Source of the DNA: the human T2T-CHM13v2.0 reference genome, Homo sapiens
DNA length: 64,000 nt
Strand: one strand, 5' to 3'
Assembly: GCF_009914755.1 (NCBI RefSeq)
Contig: NC_060926.1
The notes beneath the pieces are model-generated. The model searched no databases and was not told the origin of the DNA. It saw only the letters and a program-made list of their open reading frames with translations. Shown here in pieces: positions 51,066 through 64,000 of this stretch. Every line of letters starts with the position of its first letter. Positions within the stretch are counted from its first letter, which is position 1. The translations under genes were made by a program, and so were the position numbers.

Positions 51066-52274
51066 CTCCCCCGTCTTTCTTCTTAGGAAAACCAGGGCTG
51101 GTAATTCCTTGCAGGCTTTTACCATCTCTGCTGCCACTCTGGACTTCCGACATCCCCAAATTTCGGCCAACGTCTCAGCTGGTTACGACAGAAGGGTCAC
51201 CACCTCCATGCTGAAAGTGGCAACTGCAGGGCCACACCCTAGTGAATTCTCCCAGTGTCCTAAAAATGGCACCCTTCTAACTCACCAGGCGTCAGAGAGA
51301 ATTAAACCAAGTCCTCAAATACACAGAGAATATCAGCATCTGCTTGAACAAAACCAAACCAAATACTTTTGATCTTGCAGTGAAATCTGCTGTCTCAAAA
51401 TGGTTCATCTGATCATCTGCTAGGGAGAAATGGGGGTTTGAGGGTAGTAATAGCCAACACAATTTTTGCCAGTTAAAACAGTTCACAGACGCCTCGGCTT
51501 TGGAAGCAAGGCTAGATGGACGGAGCTCTTGTGTTACAGCATATTCACCATGGAATTCGGTATTGACGTTCTCTAAGAGAATGCAATTAGTAAATCAACT
51601 CGGTTGGGAAAAAAACTGACCCAGGACTTTCTCAATAAAGGTAGGCTCAATCAATCTGTGTAGTACTAACAGCTAGAAAAACAATATTCATGAAGATGGA
51701 AAATACAATAAAAGTAGCAAGGCCCTAGGGTATATAAAATCAAATTATAGTATATCATGAAGTTGTAGTGATTCTGATGGCTAAATGCCCCCAGCTACAT
51801 GTACTCCCATGGAGATTACCTTGCTCGAAGGAACAAATTGGAACTATTTTAAACAGTAAAGAGGCATTATGTAACCAAGACAATTCCGAGATTTCAAATA
51901 TGTTTTCCTTCTGCCTGGTTTTTCCACATTCCACATTCATGGGTCATACTGGCTGATGCACTGGTAACCCAGCTTTCAACAGAAATATGCAGGTTCGATT
52001 GATTAGATGCTAAAGAATGATAACTTCTAAGGAAATTTTATATATTTAGTATGTCGTACTAAATAGATGAAAAGAGTTAAAACCCTACATTACCGTCTGT
52101 CTTCCAAAATTCTCACTGGGGAAAAAAAAAAACCTCAAAAACTCAAACTCCACAATTAACCCAATTCAGAATTTTAAATGAGGCATGTATGAAGCAAAAC
52201 CCTATTCATTGCATTTAACTCAGTGCTGGAGGATGTTCTCTAAATCTGAGTAGAAATAACATTTACACTTAGAA

Positions 52275-52966
52275 CAGAGGCATGTTTGAAACCTTTTATT
52301 AAACAGGCAATGCATTGTGCAGTGGTTAAAGACACAGATGCCTAGTGGAAAAGTTTAAAAATTATTTTTGGAAACAGTCTATGAATTGATGAACCCTGCC
52401 GTGTTCCTTCATCTCCTTCTCAGAGTGGCTGTCTTTAGGAAAACAGATTGTTTTATAGCTGCTCTTGGAAACGGCATCCCTGTTTTGCCATGAATGTCAT
52501 GCCTCGTAGTAAACATGAAAGAAGACAGGATCCACAGGCAAGAGAGCGACCAGAGACATGGGCTGATCTCAGCTGGAAGCACAGATGTCCCTTCTCCTAG
52601 AAGGGCTTCTCTTCTGGCCTTTGCTGGGTGTCCTATTTATGTGTCCAATTTCATTTCTATTTTCTTCCTTGTCTGAGGCTTCTTTATCAAGGGAATTCGA
52701 AAAGACACATTCGTACCTTTGGGCACAGGAACTGGTTCCTGGACTTTTTCAATGTTGTTCTTGTTTCTGGGCCCTCTGGCCCAGGAGTATGGCTGTGTGT
52801 TTATCCTCTTTGTTTTGCCTGGTTCCTTCCTCTTCCCCAAGTTCGTCACAACTTGATGATAAAATCAATCTTTAAGTTTCACAGTTTGTTTGCCACAATA
52901 CACTGGCAGTTTTTAACTAAGTGGCTTGTCAGGGTAGTGGACATGCTTTATCAGCACACTGCCCAC
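52275..52966 (-). other. CRACDL: CRACDL 3' UTR (~690 nt; 3' end approximate)
   Basis: Repeat-free sequence between the stop codon and the AATAAA. Confidence 0.7.
52295..52300 (-). terminator. CRACDL: Polyadenylation signal AATAAA
   Basis: TTTATT on plus strand; GU/U-rich sequence (GTGTAAATGTTATTT) follows on the minus strand. Confidence 0.75.
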
Positions 52967-53106
52967 CTATTTTATAATCTGGGGCATGTCACTCCAAGCT
53001 TGAGATTTCTTTCTGGCAAGTTCCATCCAGGATGGCTGATCTGTACTGGCATAACTGGCTCTCTTCAGCTGATGCAGTTCCTTCTCCATCATCACTGCAG
53101 ACTGAG
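52967..53106 (-). CDS. CRACDL: CRACDL last coding exon (AQSAVMMEKELHQLKRASYASTDQPSWMELARKKSQAWSDMPQIIK*)
   Basis: Polypyrimidine tract plus AAG/CAG acceptor, phase 1 matching the upstream donor, TAG at 52967-52969; C-terminus recognised as KIAA1211/CRACD family; alternative start 53109. Confidence 0.88.
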
Positions 53107-53469
53107 CTGCTTGGAAGGGAGACAAAACCAACAGAAACATGAGCAGTGACTTCGAATTTTCCCTTAAGCCTCTTGTGTTTCTCGAACTAGACATCGAGGT
53201 CTTAACTGTGTTCTCGAACATAAAATTCAATAATATGTCAACATGTAAGGAAGATTTGGGCCTAGAATATGTCATTTATGTGATAAAAAGACTTATGAGC
53301 AAGCTCAAACAATTCTGGCAATGCAATGAGGTGAGAGAGACTTTGGAAATAAAATGGCAGGAGCTCTACAGATGGGCTGCAGCAATGTCCCTCACTTAAA
53401 ACTACTGAACTGAACTGTGCACTTAAAAATGGCTAAGATGGTAAATTCTGTTATGTGCCCTTACCATAA

Positions 53470-53821
<352 letters not shown>

Positions 53822-54112
53822 TAAATACTGATACATGCAACAACAAAGGCATATCTTGAAGATGCTATGCTCAGTGAAAGACGCCAGATATAAAAGGGTA
53901 CATACGTTAGGATTCTATTCATTAGAAATGTCCCAAAAAGGCAAATCTATAGAGACAGAGTAGATTAGTGGTTGCCTAGAGCTAGGAGTGGGAGTGGGAA
54001 GTGACTGTAAATGGGCATGAGGTTTCTCTTTAGTGTGAGGGAAATATTGTAAAATTAGATTTTCATCACAGTTGTGCAACTCTGTAAATACATACATGCT
54101 CACTGTCAATAT

Positions 54113-54366
54113 ACAGTTGTCCCCTGGTGTATGCAGGGAGCTGGTTCTAGGACCTCTCCCACCTGCATATACCAAAATCTATGAATACTCAAGTACTGCA
54201 GTCAGCCCGTGGAACCCGCACATAAAAAAAGACGGCCCTCTGTTTTCTCAGATTTCACATCCTGAGGATAGGATACAGGTAATTTTCCATCTGGGTTTGG
54301 TTGGAAAAAAGTCAGCATTTAAGTAGACCTGTGCAGTTCAAACCCGTGTTGTTCAAGGGTCAACCT
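54113..54366 (+). mobile_element. MER8-type Tigger MITE
   Basis: CAGTTGTCCCC...GTTCAAACCCGTGTTGTTCAAGGGTCAAC. Confidence 0.8.
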
Positions 54367-54555
54367 TATACTTAATGAACTGTACACTAAAATGGATGAG
54401 TTTTATGACACGTAAATTGTATCTCCGTAAGAGCTGTGTAGAAAACTCAATGTTGCAAGTAATTTGCAAAAACCAAACCAAACCAAAACTCAAACTGCAG
54501 GAACGACCCAGGAAAATGATTTCAAAGTATGTGGTAATGTTTGCAGATTTCATAC

Positions 54556-54700
54556 CCAAGTTCTGATGGGACAATGAGATTCCTCTTTGCAGCCCCTCCT
54601 TGAAGTTGAGCTTTGCCCCCTGCTTCCGGTCCACAGCGGGCTTCACAGGGGTTATCAGGAAAGACTTGCTGCGAACAAAGTCAGCTTGCTTCACAGGCTC
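54556..54700 (-). CDS. CRACDL: CRACDL penultimate exon, 145 nt (EPVKQADFVRSKSFLITPVKPAVDRKQGAKLNFKEGLQRGISLSHQNL)
   Basis: Acceptor tgtcccaacag|GAG, donor TTGG|gtatga; phase 0 to 1; open frame. Confidence 0.9.
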
Positions 54701-55785
54701 CTGTTGGGACATAAGACACATGCTGCCAAGTTAACAATGATTCAGACAGGGGCAAACACATCCAAAGTGAAGGAGCTGCAAAGCTGCTCATCCAAGATGC
54801 CTGCACTGCTGGCACTTTCTCGGGAGGGCGCCCTGGTGTCAGCTCACTAACACCGAGTGGTCAGATGCTGGCGCTGGGACCAGTATGCGGCCTTATCCTG
54901 GCACACACGTGCATCATGGCTTCCTTCCTGTCCCCACACCTGGCCTCAGTGCCAGATGGCAGGGATTCCATTTGAAAGTCAAGATTTGTTTAGAAATCAT
55001 TTTGTGATTTTTATGACAGTTGGAATAGTTATAGATGTCCCAAACTGGTTACTATTTGTTTTCTAAATTCCCCACGCCTACATGAGGGTCTTCAAGTCTG
55101 GTATAATTGAGGTTCTGGTTAAAACGAGGGGAAGCAGGTCCTAATGCAGGCTCAGGCTCTCTTCCCCACATGGCTGAAACACACAGATTCATCACGGTGC
55201 TATTGGGGGATACAAAAATTGCGAGTCTCGGCCTGATTCTAGGCATAGTTGTTTGGGTTGGTGAAAGCTGCCTTCAATTCAGAGTACAAAATGGAACCAC
55301 AAGTTCCAGCCCCGCAGCCCCAGGTGAGGAATGAGGAGCTCCAGCATGTGGCCGGTGGAGCAGCAAAGAGCAGGGCTCGCTCCTCACAGCATGATAAGCT
55401 GGGATGGAGCTGTCGACATCATTGCTGTGTGTCTAACTCGAAGTTATTTTAACCTCCTCCCATTTTTCTAGATGCTGAGCTGCTGCGTTGCCAAGGAGGC
55501 AGGGAGTAGAGAGCTGTCTGCACTGCCTAAGTGATTCACATGCTTCTCTGCATCCCCAACAGCTCAGCATATGCAAAGGCAGGCAGAATGCTCCACCATG
55601 GAGGTTATGATTTGGCAAGTCATTTATTTTGCTTCATTGGCTCTCGACCACACATCCACAACCATCACAGGTGACGGTCCCTGTGACGCCCATGCAGCAC
55701 ATGTGGTCCTTACAGGGTCCTCGCCCCAGTCCCAGCTGGCTGCTCCCTCCTGCACCCACAGAACAGAAGTATTTGCTCTAAGCAC

Positions 55786-55973
55786 CTGGCCTCTCTCGGG
55801 CACCTTGGCTTGCTTTCCTGGTTCAGACTTCAGGGTCCGTGCCCCAGGCTTGTCTTCCTGGTTGGGTGGCTGGTCCAAGGTCCCCCTCCGCTTCTGCCGA
55901 GTGACGGTGATCCAGGGTGGCGCAGGCTGCCCATCAGCTCCAGGCCCTGTTGCTGCAGGCGGCAGACTCTTTT
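55786..55973 (-). CDS. CRACDL: CRACDL third-last exon, 188 nt (KSLPPAATGPGADGQPAPPWITVTRQKRRG...VPERGQ)
   Basis: Acceptor ctttacccaacag|AA, donor CAG|gtgctt; phase 1 to 0; splices in frame with the next two exons. Confidence 0.88.
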
Positions 55974-56458
55974 CTGTTGGGTAAAGGCACAAGATTATAG
56001 AAACAGTCCTATTCCCTCTTCGGTTGCACCCTTTGTGTCTCCTGCACAGAGAACACTACTGCTTTGGTTCAGGGTTGCAGGGTGTCTGGGAGAGGATTAC
56101 TTTCTTTAGGGGCTTTGTTTTCTTATTAAAGATGCATCAGAGAGATTATGCTCCTCTAGTCTGAGCCCCACAAAATTAAATGCAACTGCTTCTATAGGGT
56201 CGGTGTGTACTTTAAAGCCAACTTCCTCCTAGGAATCCTTTCTGGAAGGAGATAAAAATAAGTACACAAATAGATAAAATTTCTTTAATATAATCCTGTC
56301 ATTTTGGACCAGTATGTACTGGTCCAAATGCTGATTCCTGCTCAAATGCTGTAGACACACTATTAATCTCTTGTCTTCTAAAAACTGTGAGCATAACCTT
56401 CCCTTTCTGGAGACAGTGACACCAAAAACTGGTCACAGTTGCTTTCCTTAATGTTCTA

Positions 56459-56968
<510 letters not shown>

Positions 56969-57112
56969 TTACTGTGCTTGTCTTTGGGTGGTGAAATTGT
57001 GGGTCATTCCCCTCCTCTTACATTTCAGCTCTTCTGTATTTTCATATTTTCTACGATAAGAATTTATTACCTTCATCAATAGAAAAAAGAAATCTGTGGA
57101 TTAAATAAGTGG

Positions 57113-57113
57113 C

Positions 57114-57144
<31 letters not shown>

Positions 57145-57418
57145 GAGACAGGGTCTCACTCTGACACCCAGGCTGAAGTACAGTGGTGCGATCAAGGCTC
57201 ACTGCAACCTCCGCCTACCAGGCTCAAGTGATCCTCCCACCTTGGCCTCCTGAGCAGCTGGGATTACAGTCATGCACCATCACGCCCAGTGAATTTTTTG
57301 TAGAGATGGGGTCTTGCCATGTTGCCCAGGCTGGTCTCGAACTCCTGAGCTCAAACAATCTGCCTGCCTCAGCTTCCCAAAGTGCTGGAATTACAGGCGT
57401 GAGCCACCTCCCCTGGCC
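57113..57418 (-). mobile_element. AluJ
   Basis: TSD AATAAGTGGCTT. Confidence 0.9.
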
Positions 57419-59985
57419 AATAAGTGGCTTCTTACAGGTACATCAAAAGCATAGAACCCAAGGTTCCCCATGAGCCTGCTTCTGGATGTTTGCCTGCCAC
57501 GGGATAAAACAAAGGCTGAAACTGATCTCCAACCACCTGGCACCTCTCCTCAGTTCCCTTCTACACAGTGTGCTTGAGTCAGCCGGGTGACAACAGCACT
57601 GTTTCACAGCAACACATGCAGATGTCCAGGAGGAGTGAATGTCATTGTTCTCTGTGGCCTGATGTCTTCCACCCCTTGCTCTGGTGTGCAGAGGATATTA
57701 CTCACTTTGCCTTTGTTTCTGCTTCCAGTTCAGGCTGGAATTCTTTTCCCTTAGTGCCCTGGTCAACAAGGAGGTACAAGCGGGGTGGCCACTGCTTTGC
57801 AAGCTACAGTCTCTTGCTGGTGGTGAGAAGAGCCTTCAGCCTCACACAGCCAGGACCTCCCCTGGCCCTGGCAGCCAGGGACGGCTCTCACTCCTTTTTC
57901 TGGCTGCTCCCTGGGGCCTCCACCTGACTGGCCCCCTGGGAATCCTGCTGCACCTCTTGGACTCATCCTACCCCTTTCCTGACTCTTCAGTCTCTCCCAC
58001 TGACATCTTCCCTGCAGCTTAGCAGAATGCTTGGGTCTTCCATAGCTTGAAAGAAGTCTCCCCGGAGCCTCATTGTCCCTTGAAGGTCCAGTTCTCCCTC
58101 CTCCTCTACCCTTAGCTCAAATGGCCTCTGCCTATGTCTCGTCAGCCACTTGCTGAACCAGCCACGAGTTGACACCACTCCTTCCATCCTCCCAACCACC
58201 CAACCCCAAATCCCAAGGTCAAGCCTGGTCCTCAACCTGCTTCACCCCTGCAGCTCTGACGTGGCTGCACATCCTCTCTGGGGGAGCCTGTCCTCCTGGG
58301 GCATCCCTCCAGCCTCTGAGGCCCTTCTCCAGGTCCTTGTCTGACTTTTGTTCCTAACCTGGAACTCCTGCTTGCTCCTGACCCTCAGCCGTCATCGCTT
58401 CCTCCCAGCATTCTCTCTTCTACTCCTGATCCAACAGGCAGAATTGCTGAAATTACTAATACTTCTTAGTGTACACTCCAGCCCTACTTTCTATTCCTAG
58501 CCAGAGCCCAGCATTTCTATTCTCCTGTTTCACCTTGTTTGCTATGAGCAAGGACGACCTTATATTTGAGGTGGGAAAATAAACAACAAATTGTTCCTTC
58601 AAAAAGCTCAAAGTCTAGTTGGGGAGACGAGACACAAACAAGTAACTGTGGTAGAAACTGGAAAATGCTAAAATTTACAAAGGGCTATGCGGACACAGGG
58701 GCTAACACTGGTGAGTGGGAGTAGGGGTGCCTTCTGGGTTGGGATCTGGAGAACAATCTTCCAGGCTGGGGTTGGGGGCAGGTGGAGGAGTTGTGTAAAC
58801 CGGCCCCAAGGAAGGGTCTTTTCTGTCTTTTTTCTTTTTCTGTCCATAATGGGGACACTGTGGGGGTTTTAAACCATGGGCTCACTCTGAAGGTTGTGTG
58901 GAGAATCAGTCTGACTGTAGAGGGACGAGAGGCTGGGAAGCTAGGAGGGAGGCTGTGGCCACAGCTCAAGAGAGGTGACAAGGGCTTGGATATCTTGTTC
59001 TAGAATCCTCCCCGCTGGTTCACCAGGGTCCCTAGACACTACCTCCTCCATGAAGTCTGTTCTGGTCAGTCTCTCTCCTAAGTCCTCTGTAACCTCTCGA
59101 GACACTTGCCTCACTATGTTTGGTACTAGACATGTTTGCTAGCTGACCATCTACCCAACTGAAGTATGCCTTTGGTCATAAGCATTTCTTATCTACCGAA
59201 CAAACACACACCACAGACTATGTACCAGATACACTTCTAAATGCTGAGCTTGGCAAGAGGTAAATTTTCCTTTCCTTACATCAGGAGCATGCTGGCAGAA
59301 TTCCATCCCAAACACAGAAGGGTCACCTGCTGCTGCCTGTCTGTGGGGTAGGAATGTTTCCAGCTGTACTGTGTGTGTGTTTTAAGCGTGTGTCTGTGTT
59401 CACACGCAGACCCACGGGAGTGGGTGGGTGCCCTGGCTGGGCCAGGCCATGCTGCTGTGGGATAAGGTAACCTGCAATAGCAGCATCGCCAAGCACTGGG
59501 CCAGCTTATGACCACACCACCATTTCTCTCCTTTTTGGTTCCTGCCTCTTTCCCTGCAACTGCTGGTCTTTCCTTTTATTCTGTATTCTCTTCTTTCTCA
59601 CCTTTTTCCTTGTCAGGAATGCAAGAGGGCCCTTGTAATCTCTAGGCCCTGTTACAGGGACTGTCCAGGGCCACCCTCATTGGCAGAGGAGTGCAGGAAT
59701 GGCAAATGGGGGTCTAGACACCAGGAAAAAGAGAGAGAACCCACTCCAGCTCCATAATGTAGTTCACAGATGCCTGAGATTCCACCTGGAGCCTCTCAGC
59801 AGATAAGCTGAGAAAGGGGTGATGGGCTGAGCATCACCTTCCACAGTGCTGAGCCTCAAAGAAGCTGTGCCTTTGTCCCCAGTGAGCACAGGCAGAGCAG
59901 CTGTGTGATGAGCCACTCTGCTCTGTGGCAGGGGCCTAGGAGGCCTCTCTGAACTGTATGCTTGTAGCAGGTGTAGACACTTGCT

Positions 59986-60228
59986 AGTGTGGTGTGAAGA
60001 TTCCATGACATAATCCACGACCTATGCCTCCCAGTGTGGTTGTGAAGTGAAATATCCACTGTCTATATCTCTCAGTGTGGTTTTGAAGATAAGTGAAATA
60101 TCCACTGTCCCTCTTGGTGTGATTGTGAAGATTGGGTGAAATATCCACTGTCTATACCTCTCAGCGTGGTTGGTGAAGATCAGGTGAAATATCCACTGTC
60201 TACACTTCCCAGCGTGGTTGTGAAGATT
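59986..60228 (+). repeat. Degenerate ~45-bp tandem repeat, ~5.5 copies
   Basis: GTGAAATATCCACTGTC exact at 60047, 60093, 60136, 60184. Confidence 0.9.
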
Positions 60229-61385
60229 CTGTGAGAGAATCCAGGGAAAGCCCTTAGTGGTGTTAGTTGCTGCCACAATTGCTGCTGTTGTTATGTGCTT
60301 GTTGCTAGTGTTGTTATTGTTCCTGCTGGAGGAGGGGTGGAGAATTTTGGTCAAACCTTACCCTGGAGCTTGATGGAGACCAGAGAGCCATTCTGCCATG
60401 ACAACGAGCCCTCGTGGCTGTTGTGATAAGAAAACCACAGCAAGCAATGGGTTGCACCCCAGCCTCTTGCAGGGTCAGGCAGCCAGGCTGACTCTTGGCT
60501 CCCTGAGAACATCGTCCACGGGTTCCAGCAGACCATCTCAATGCTGTGTGTGCCAGTCTGCCTGCAAGCCCTGTAAGGGCAGGCGCCTCATCCTGGTCAC
60601 GTCTGCCACAGTGTGTGAGAGCCAGCGGGTCTGATCGGGGCTGCCCTGCTGGCGCTGCATCATGGAGGAGCCTGGCCCAAGCCACACCAGTGTGCACCGC
60701 AGTCCCGCTATCCACGGCGGCGCTCTCTCCTCCATGCACACGCTGTGTGTTACAGCGAGCCTGGCCATCCCGGATGCAGGACACACTGCCCGAGATGAGA
60801 GCCGTTTTCATCTGCATTCCCAGGAATCACTCTTAAAATACCTCCACACAGAACTCTCCTGTAGGAGAGGATGACAAAGTTTTCAGACCCACATTTGGCA
60901 TTATTACTGAGCTATTTGTATTCGGGAAGATCTAAAATGAACCCTTTCAAAAATCCTCAATGTTAAACCATTTCTAGAGGTGTTCAACTACGCCTACGTG
61001 GGACAGATTCGTCTCATCACTTCATTTTGACTTTCTGATAGGTGATGGTTAGTTCTTTTAGTGCCTATTAAAATTCAGCCTTAAGGTATTGTTTTTTTCT
61101 TTCAGAAGGACTTCTGCTATGACGAGTTGAGGGGCCCAGGGTGGGACCCCAATGGTGGGCCACACCCCGTATGACACTAGGGATGCAGCTGTTAAGTCTG
61201 GAAGCTGAGGGCTGTCAAGCACAGTCTCCTGAGAGGCAACGAGTTGTCGTACAATGTAAATTCCCAGGTTGCTTGCCTTTTGGCTGAGGATATAAAGCAC
61301 AGGCTCTGCCTTAAGGTAAGGCAACAAGATTTCCAGGCCTCTGAAAAATTTGGTACATGGTGTCCTTTCTGAAGTAGCAACTTTT

Positions 61386-61872
<487 letters not shown>

Positions 61873-62756
61873 TGATGCAGCAATTTTTAAGAAACTTTTT
61901 CTTTTCATAACATTTCTTTCTTGTTCATAGAAGTACACAAGCATATTGTACAGATTTAGAAAGTAGATAAAAGTATAAAGGAGAAAAAAGCTTCCCATAA
62001 ATCAACAACCCAAGGGAGCTGTGTGAACACTTCATACTTTGGCATATGCTACTTCCAATTTTCTCCATTATGCTGTCATCCTAAAAATGCACATCAACAG
62101 CTCATTCCCAGGTCTTCACAACATTCTCTGTGGAAAAGAGGCCTGAGTTTGCTAAGACTTCGGATCTAAAGTGGATCCATCATCGCCATTTCTCACAGCC
62201 AGCTGTGCTAGAACAGTCACTGTGCCTCGTTGCTTCAACAAATAGAACAGCGGTCCTCTGCTCTGCCTGCCATCCAGGTCCACTGCCACAGCCCTGGTTG
62301 ACCTGGTGGAAATGGGACCTGTCTACAGACACTAAGAGGACTTCTGGGGCAGAGGTGGGCCCCAGGCCCTGGGGACACATGGGGCCACACCACTGCGGCA
62401 GGGTTTGTCAGGCTTCCTAGATAAACAGCTTGAGGGGTTTTGCTTTTTAAAAGCCATTTATTGATCTGTTGTCAGTCTTGACTCACAGGCTGCTCCTGAT
62501 CAATACATGCTGGCAACGTCTACAGTCGCTCGTCATCAGATCTGTCCCAGAGCCAGGCTGTGTGATCTCACTGTGGAACTCAGGGTGGTAATGCTCAACC
62601 AAGTCTTCTTCTCAAAACCATGCTGAGCATTTTGAGACTGAGCAAGAGCTTTTCAGGGCAGGCCCCCACTGCTAATGACAGGAGACGGTGCTGTGTCCCA
62701 GTTCCACCTTAAATTAAGCTTACCGCCATTCCTTCCTCTCCTCATTCAACAAATAG

Positions 62757-63390
62757 AGTCAATCATCGCTGTGAGCTGACTCCATATTTGAGAATTCGCC
62801 TACTCGCTAAAATACATTTGTAATCCCAAAATCAATATGCATGGTGTTGGCATGGTCATTTGCAAACACGTGCAGGGCAGCAAAACATTTGAGTTTCCCA
62901 ATGTGCAAGTTCCCAGCTGAGGTCAAGCAGTGATGCGCCGCCTTATTGTTTTAGCTCTTACACCGTATACAGTATCTTTTTTGTAGTCTACTCAGTGCCA
63001 CATTTTGGGGCACTAGGTTTTCTTGGTGATTCTGCTGGTTAGGCTGCCAAGTGGAGTGCTGATGTGCTGTCTAATGTTCCTAAGCCCAAGGAGGCTGTGA
63101 TGTGCCCGATGGAGATAATGTGTGTTTCAGATAAGCTTCATTCAGGCCTGAGTTACAGTGCCGTTGGCTGTGTGTTCGGTGTCAATGCGTCAACAATATA
63201 TACTAAATAAAGCATCTTTAAACAGAATTACACCTAAAACAAGGTTATGTGTTGATCTATTGATGCTGTGGCAGGAGACACACAGGAAGCTAACCTTGCA
63301 TTTCCTCCAGGAGCAGTGGCTCAGTACTTGCTAAGTTAGCTTGCAGTGACTTCTCAGAGCATAACTTCCTTAGACAATGAGAACGGACTG
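62757..63390 (+). mobile_element. MER82-type Tigger relic
   Basis: GAATTCGCCTACTCGCTAAAATACATTTGTAATCCCAAAATCAATA...GAGAACGGACTG. Confidence 0.75.
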
Positions 63391-64000
63391 GACCTGGTGG
63401 GTGCCCACTAGGTGCCAGGCCCTGGGGAAGGTGCTGAGTCTAGACAGGAATGATTTTTTTGAATCTTTCTCTCCAGTGCATGGAGACAGGCTCTCCTGCA
63501 AAAGCCATCAGGACCAGAGGATCTTCTGACAGCCACCATGGTCCACAATCAGGAATGAGTTCCAGAGCCTGCTGAAAGGGGACACGGCAGGGCCTCTGGG
63601 GTGCTGGTCTCATTCTGTTTCTTGGTCTGGTGTATTCAGTCTGGAAATGCACTGAGCTACACACATAGGATCTGTGCATTTCTCTGTATGCATATTATTC
63701 TTCAATTAGAAGTAAAAGCACACAAATAACAAAACCCCCCCTAAGACAGGAGTCACTAGGTGCTTGAGAGTGACCAGGAAGAAGAGCCTAGCTCCCTGTG
63801 CACATAGAGAAATGAGGCAAGTTTGCACCCAGAGCTGTTTCCACACTGCAATTAAGCAAGGTGCCCCGGATGCCCTCACCAGCAGACCCTTTCCACCGCT
63901 TCACTACCCCACAGCTTCAAGTGCACCCTCCGTAGGGCCTCACCCCCTTTGCCTTTTCTAACCACTGCCTCCCCTCATCCACACAATCTCCCTCCTCCTC

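Noticed and set aside
52043-52065. Small hairpins/palindromes (also near 10952 and 18320)
   Set aside because: Stems of 6-9 bp are expected by chance in 64 kb of AT-rich DNA
52628-53149. 173-aa plus-strand ORF antisense to CRACDL
   Set aside because: Non-ATG start, overlaps UTR/exon/intron, no homology recognised
53110-53275. N-terminal part of ORF 52967-53275 as coding
   Set aside because: Lies upstream of the splice acceptor and includes the polypyrimidine tract; intronic
60314-60874. Additional CRACDL exon or CpG island
   Set aside because: No convincing phase-1 donor/acceptor pair or family-like peptide; CpG patch too short and sparse

Overview
Primate (almost certainly human) genomic DNA, more than half of it interspersed repeat. 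The only protein-coding content I can support is the 3' end of CRACDL (KIAA1211L/C2orf55; from memory on 2q11.2, next to MGAT4A) on the minus strand. It comprises three coding exons (55786-55973, 54556-54700, 52967-53106), a 3' UTR and an AATAAA at 52295-52300; the rest of the window to 64000 is intron. Upstream sequence holds a decayed, LTR-less ERV1-class gag-pro-pol fragment (~10.7-15.2 kb) with a THE1 solo LTR inside it, several solo LTRs, a full-length U4 snRNA retrocopy inside an old L1, about 35 Alus, L2/MIR, Tigger/hAT relics and two TE-born minisatellites. Nearly all ORFs in the supplied track are repeat-derived noise. The most unusual signal is a fossil rearrangement complex centred on one AluS (23211-23504), which appears to have been copied twice. 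One copy is an inverted 285-bp duplicate with unique flank at 15184-15468, exactly where the ERV pol breaks off, possibly marking a ~7.7-kb staggered-break inversion. The other, younger copy is a 56-nt templated insert with a 19-bp fold-back inside the neighbouring AluJ (22695-22784). I see no evidence of a new multi-gene system. Repeat family names are from recalled consensus sequences and repeat boundaries are approximate.
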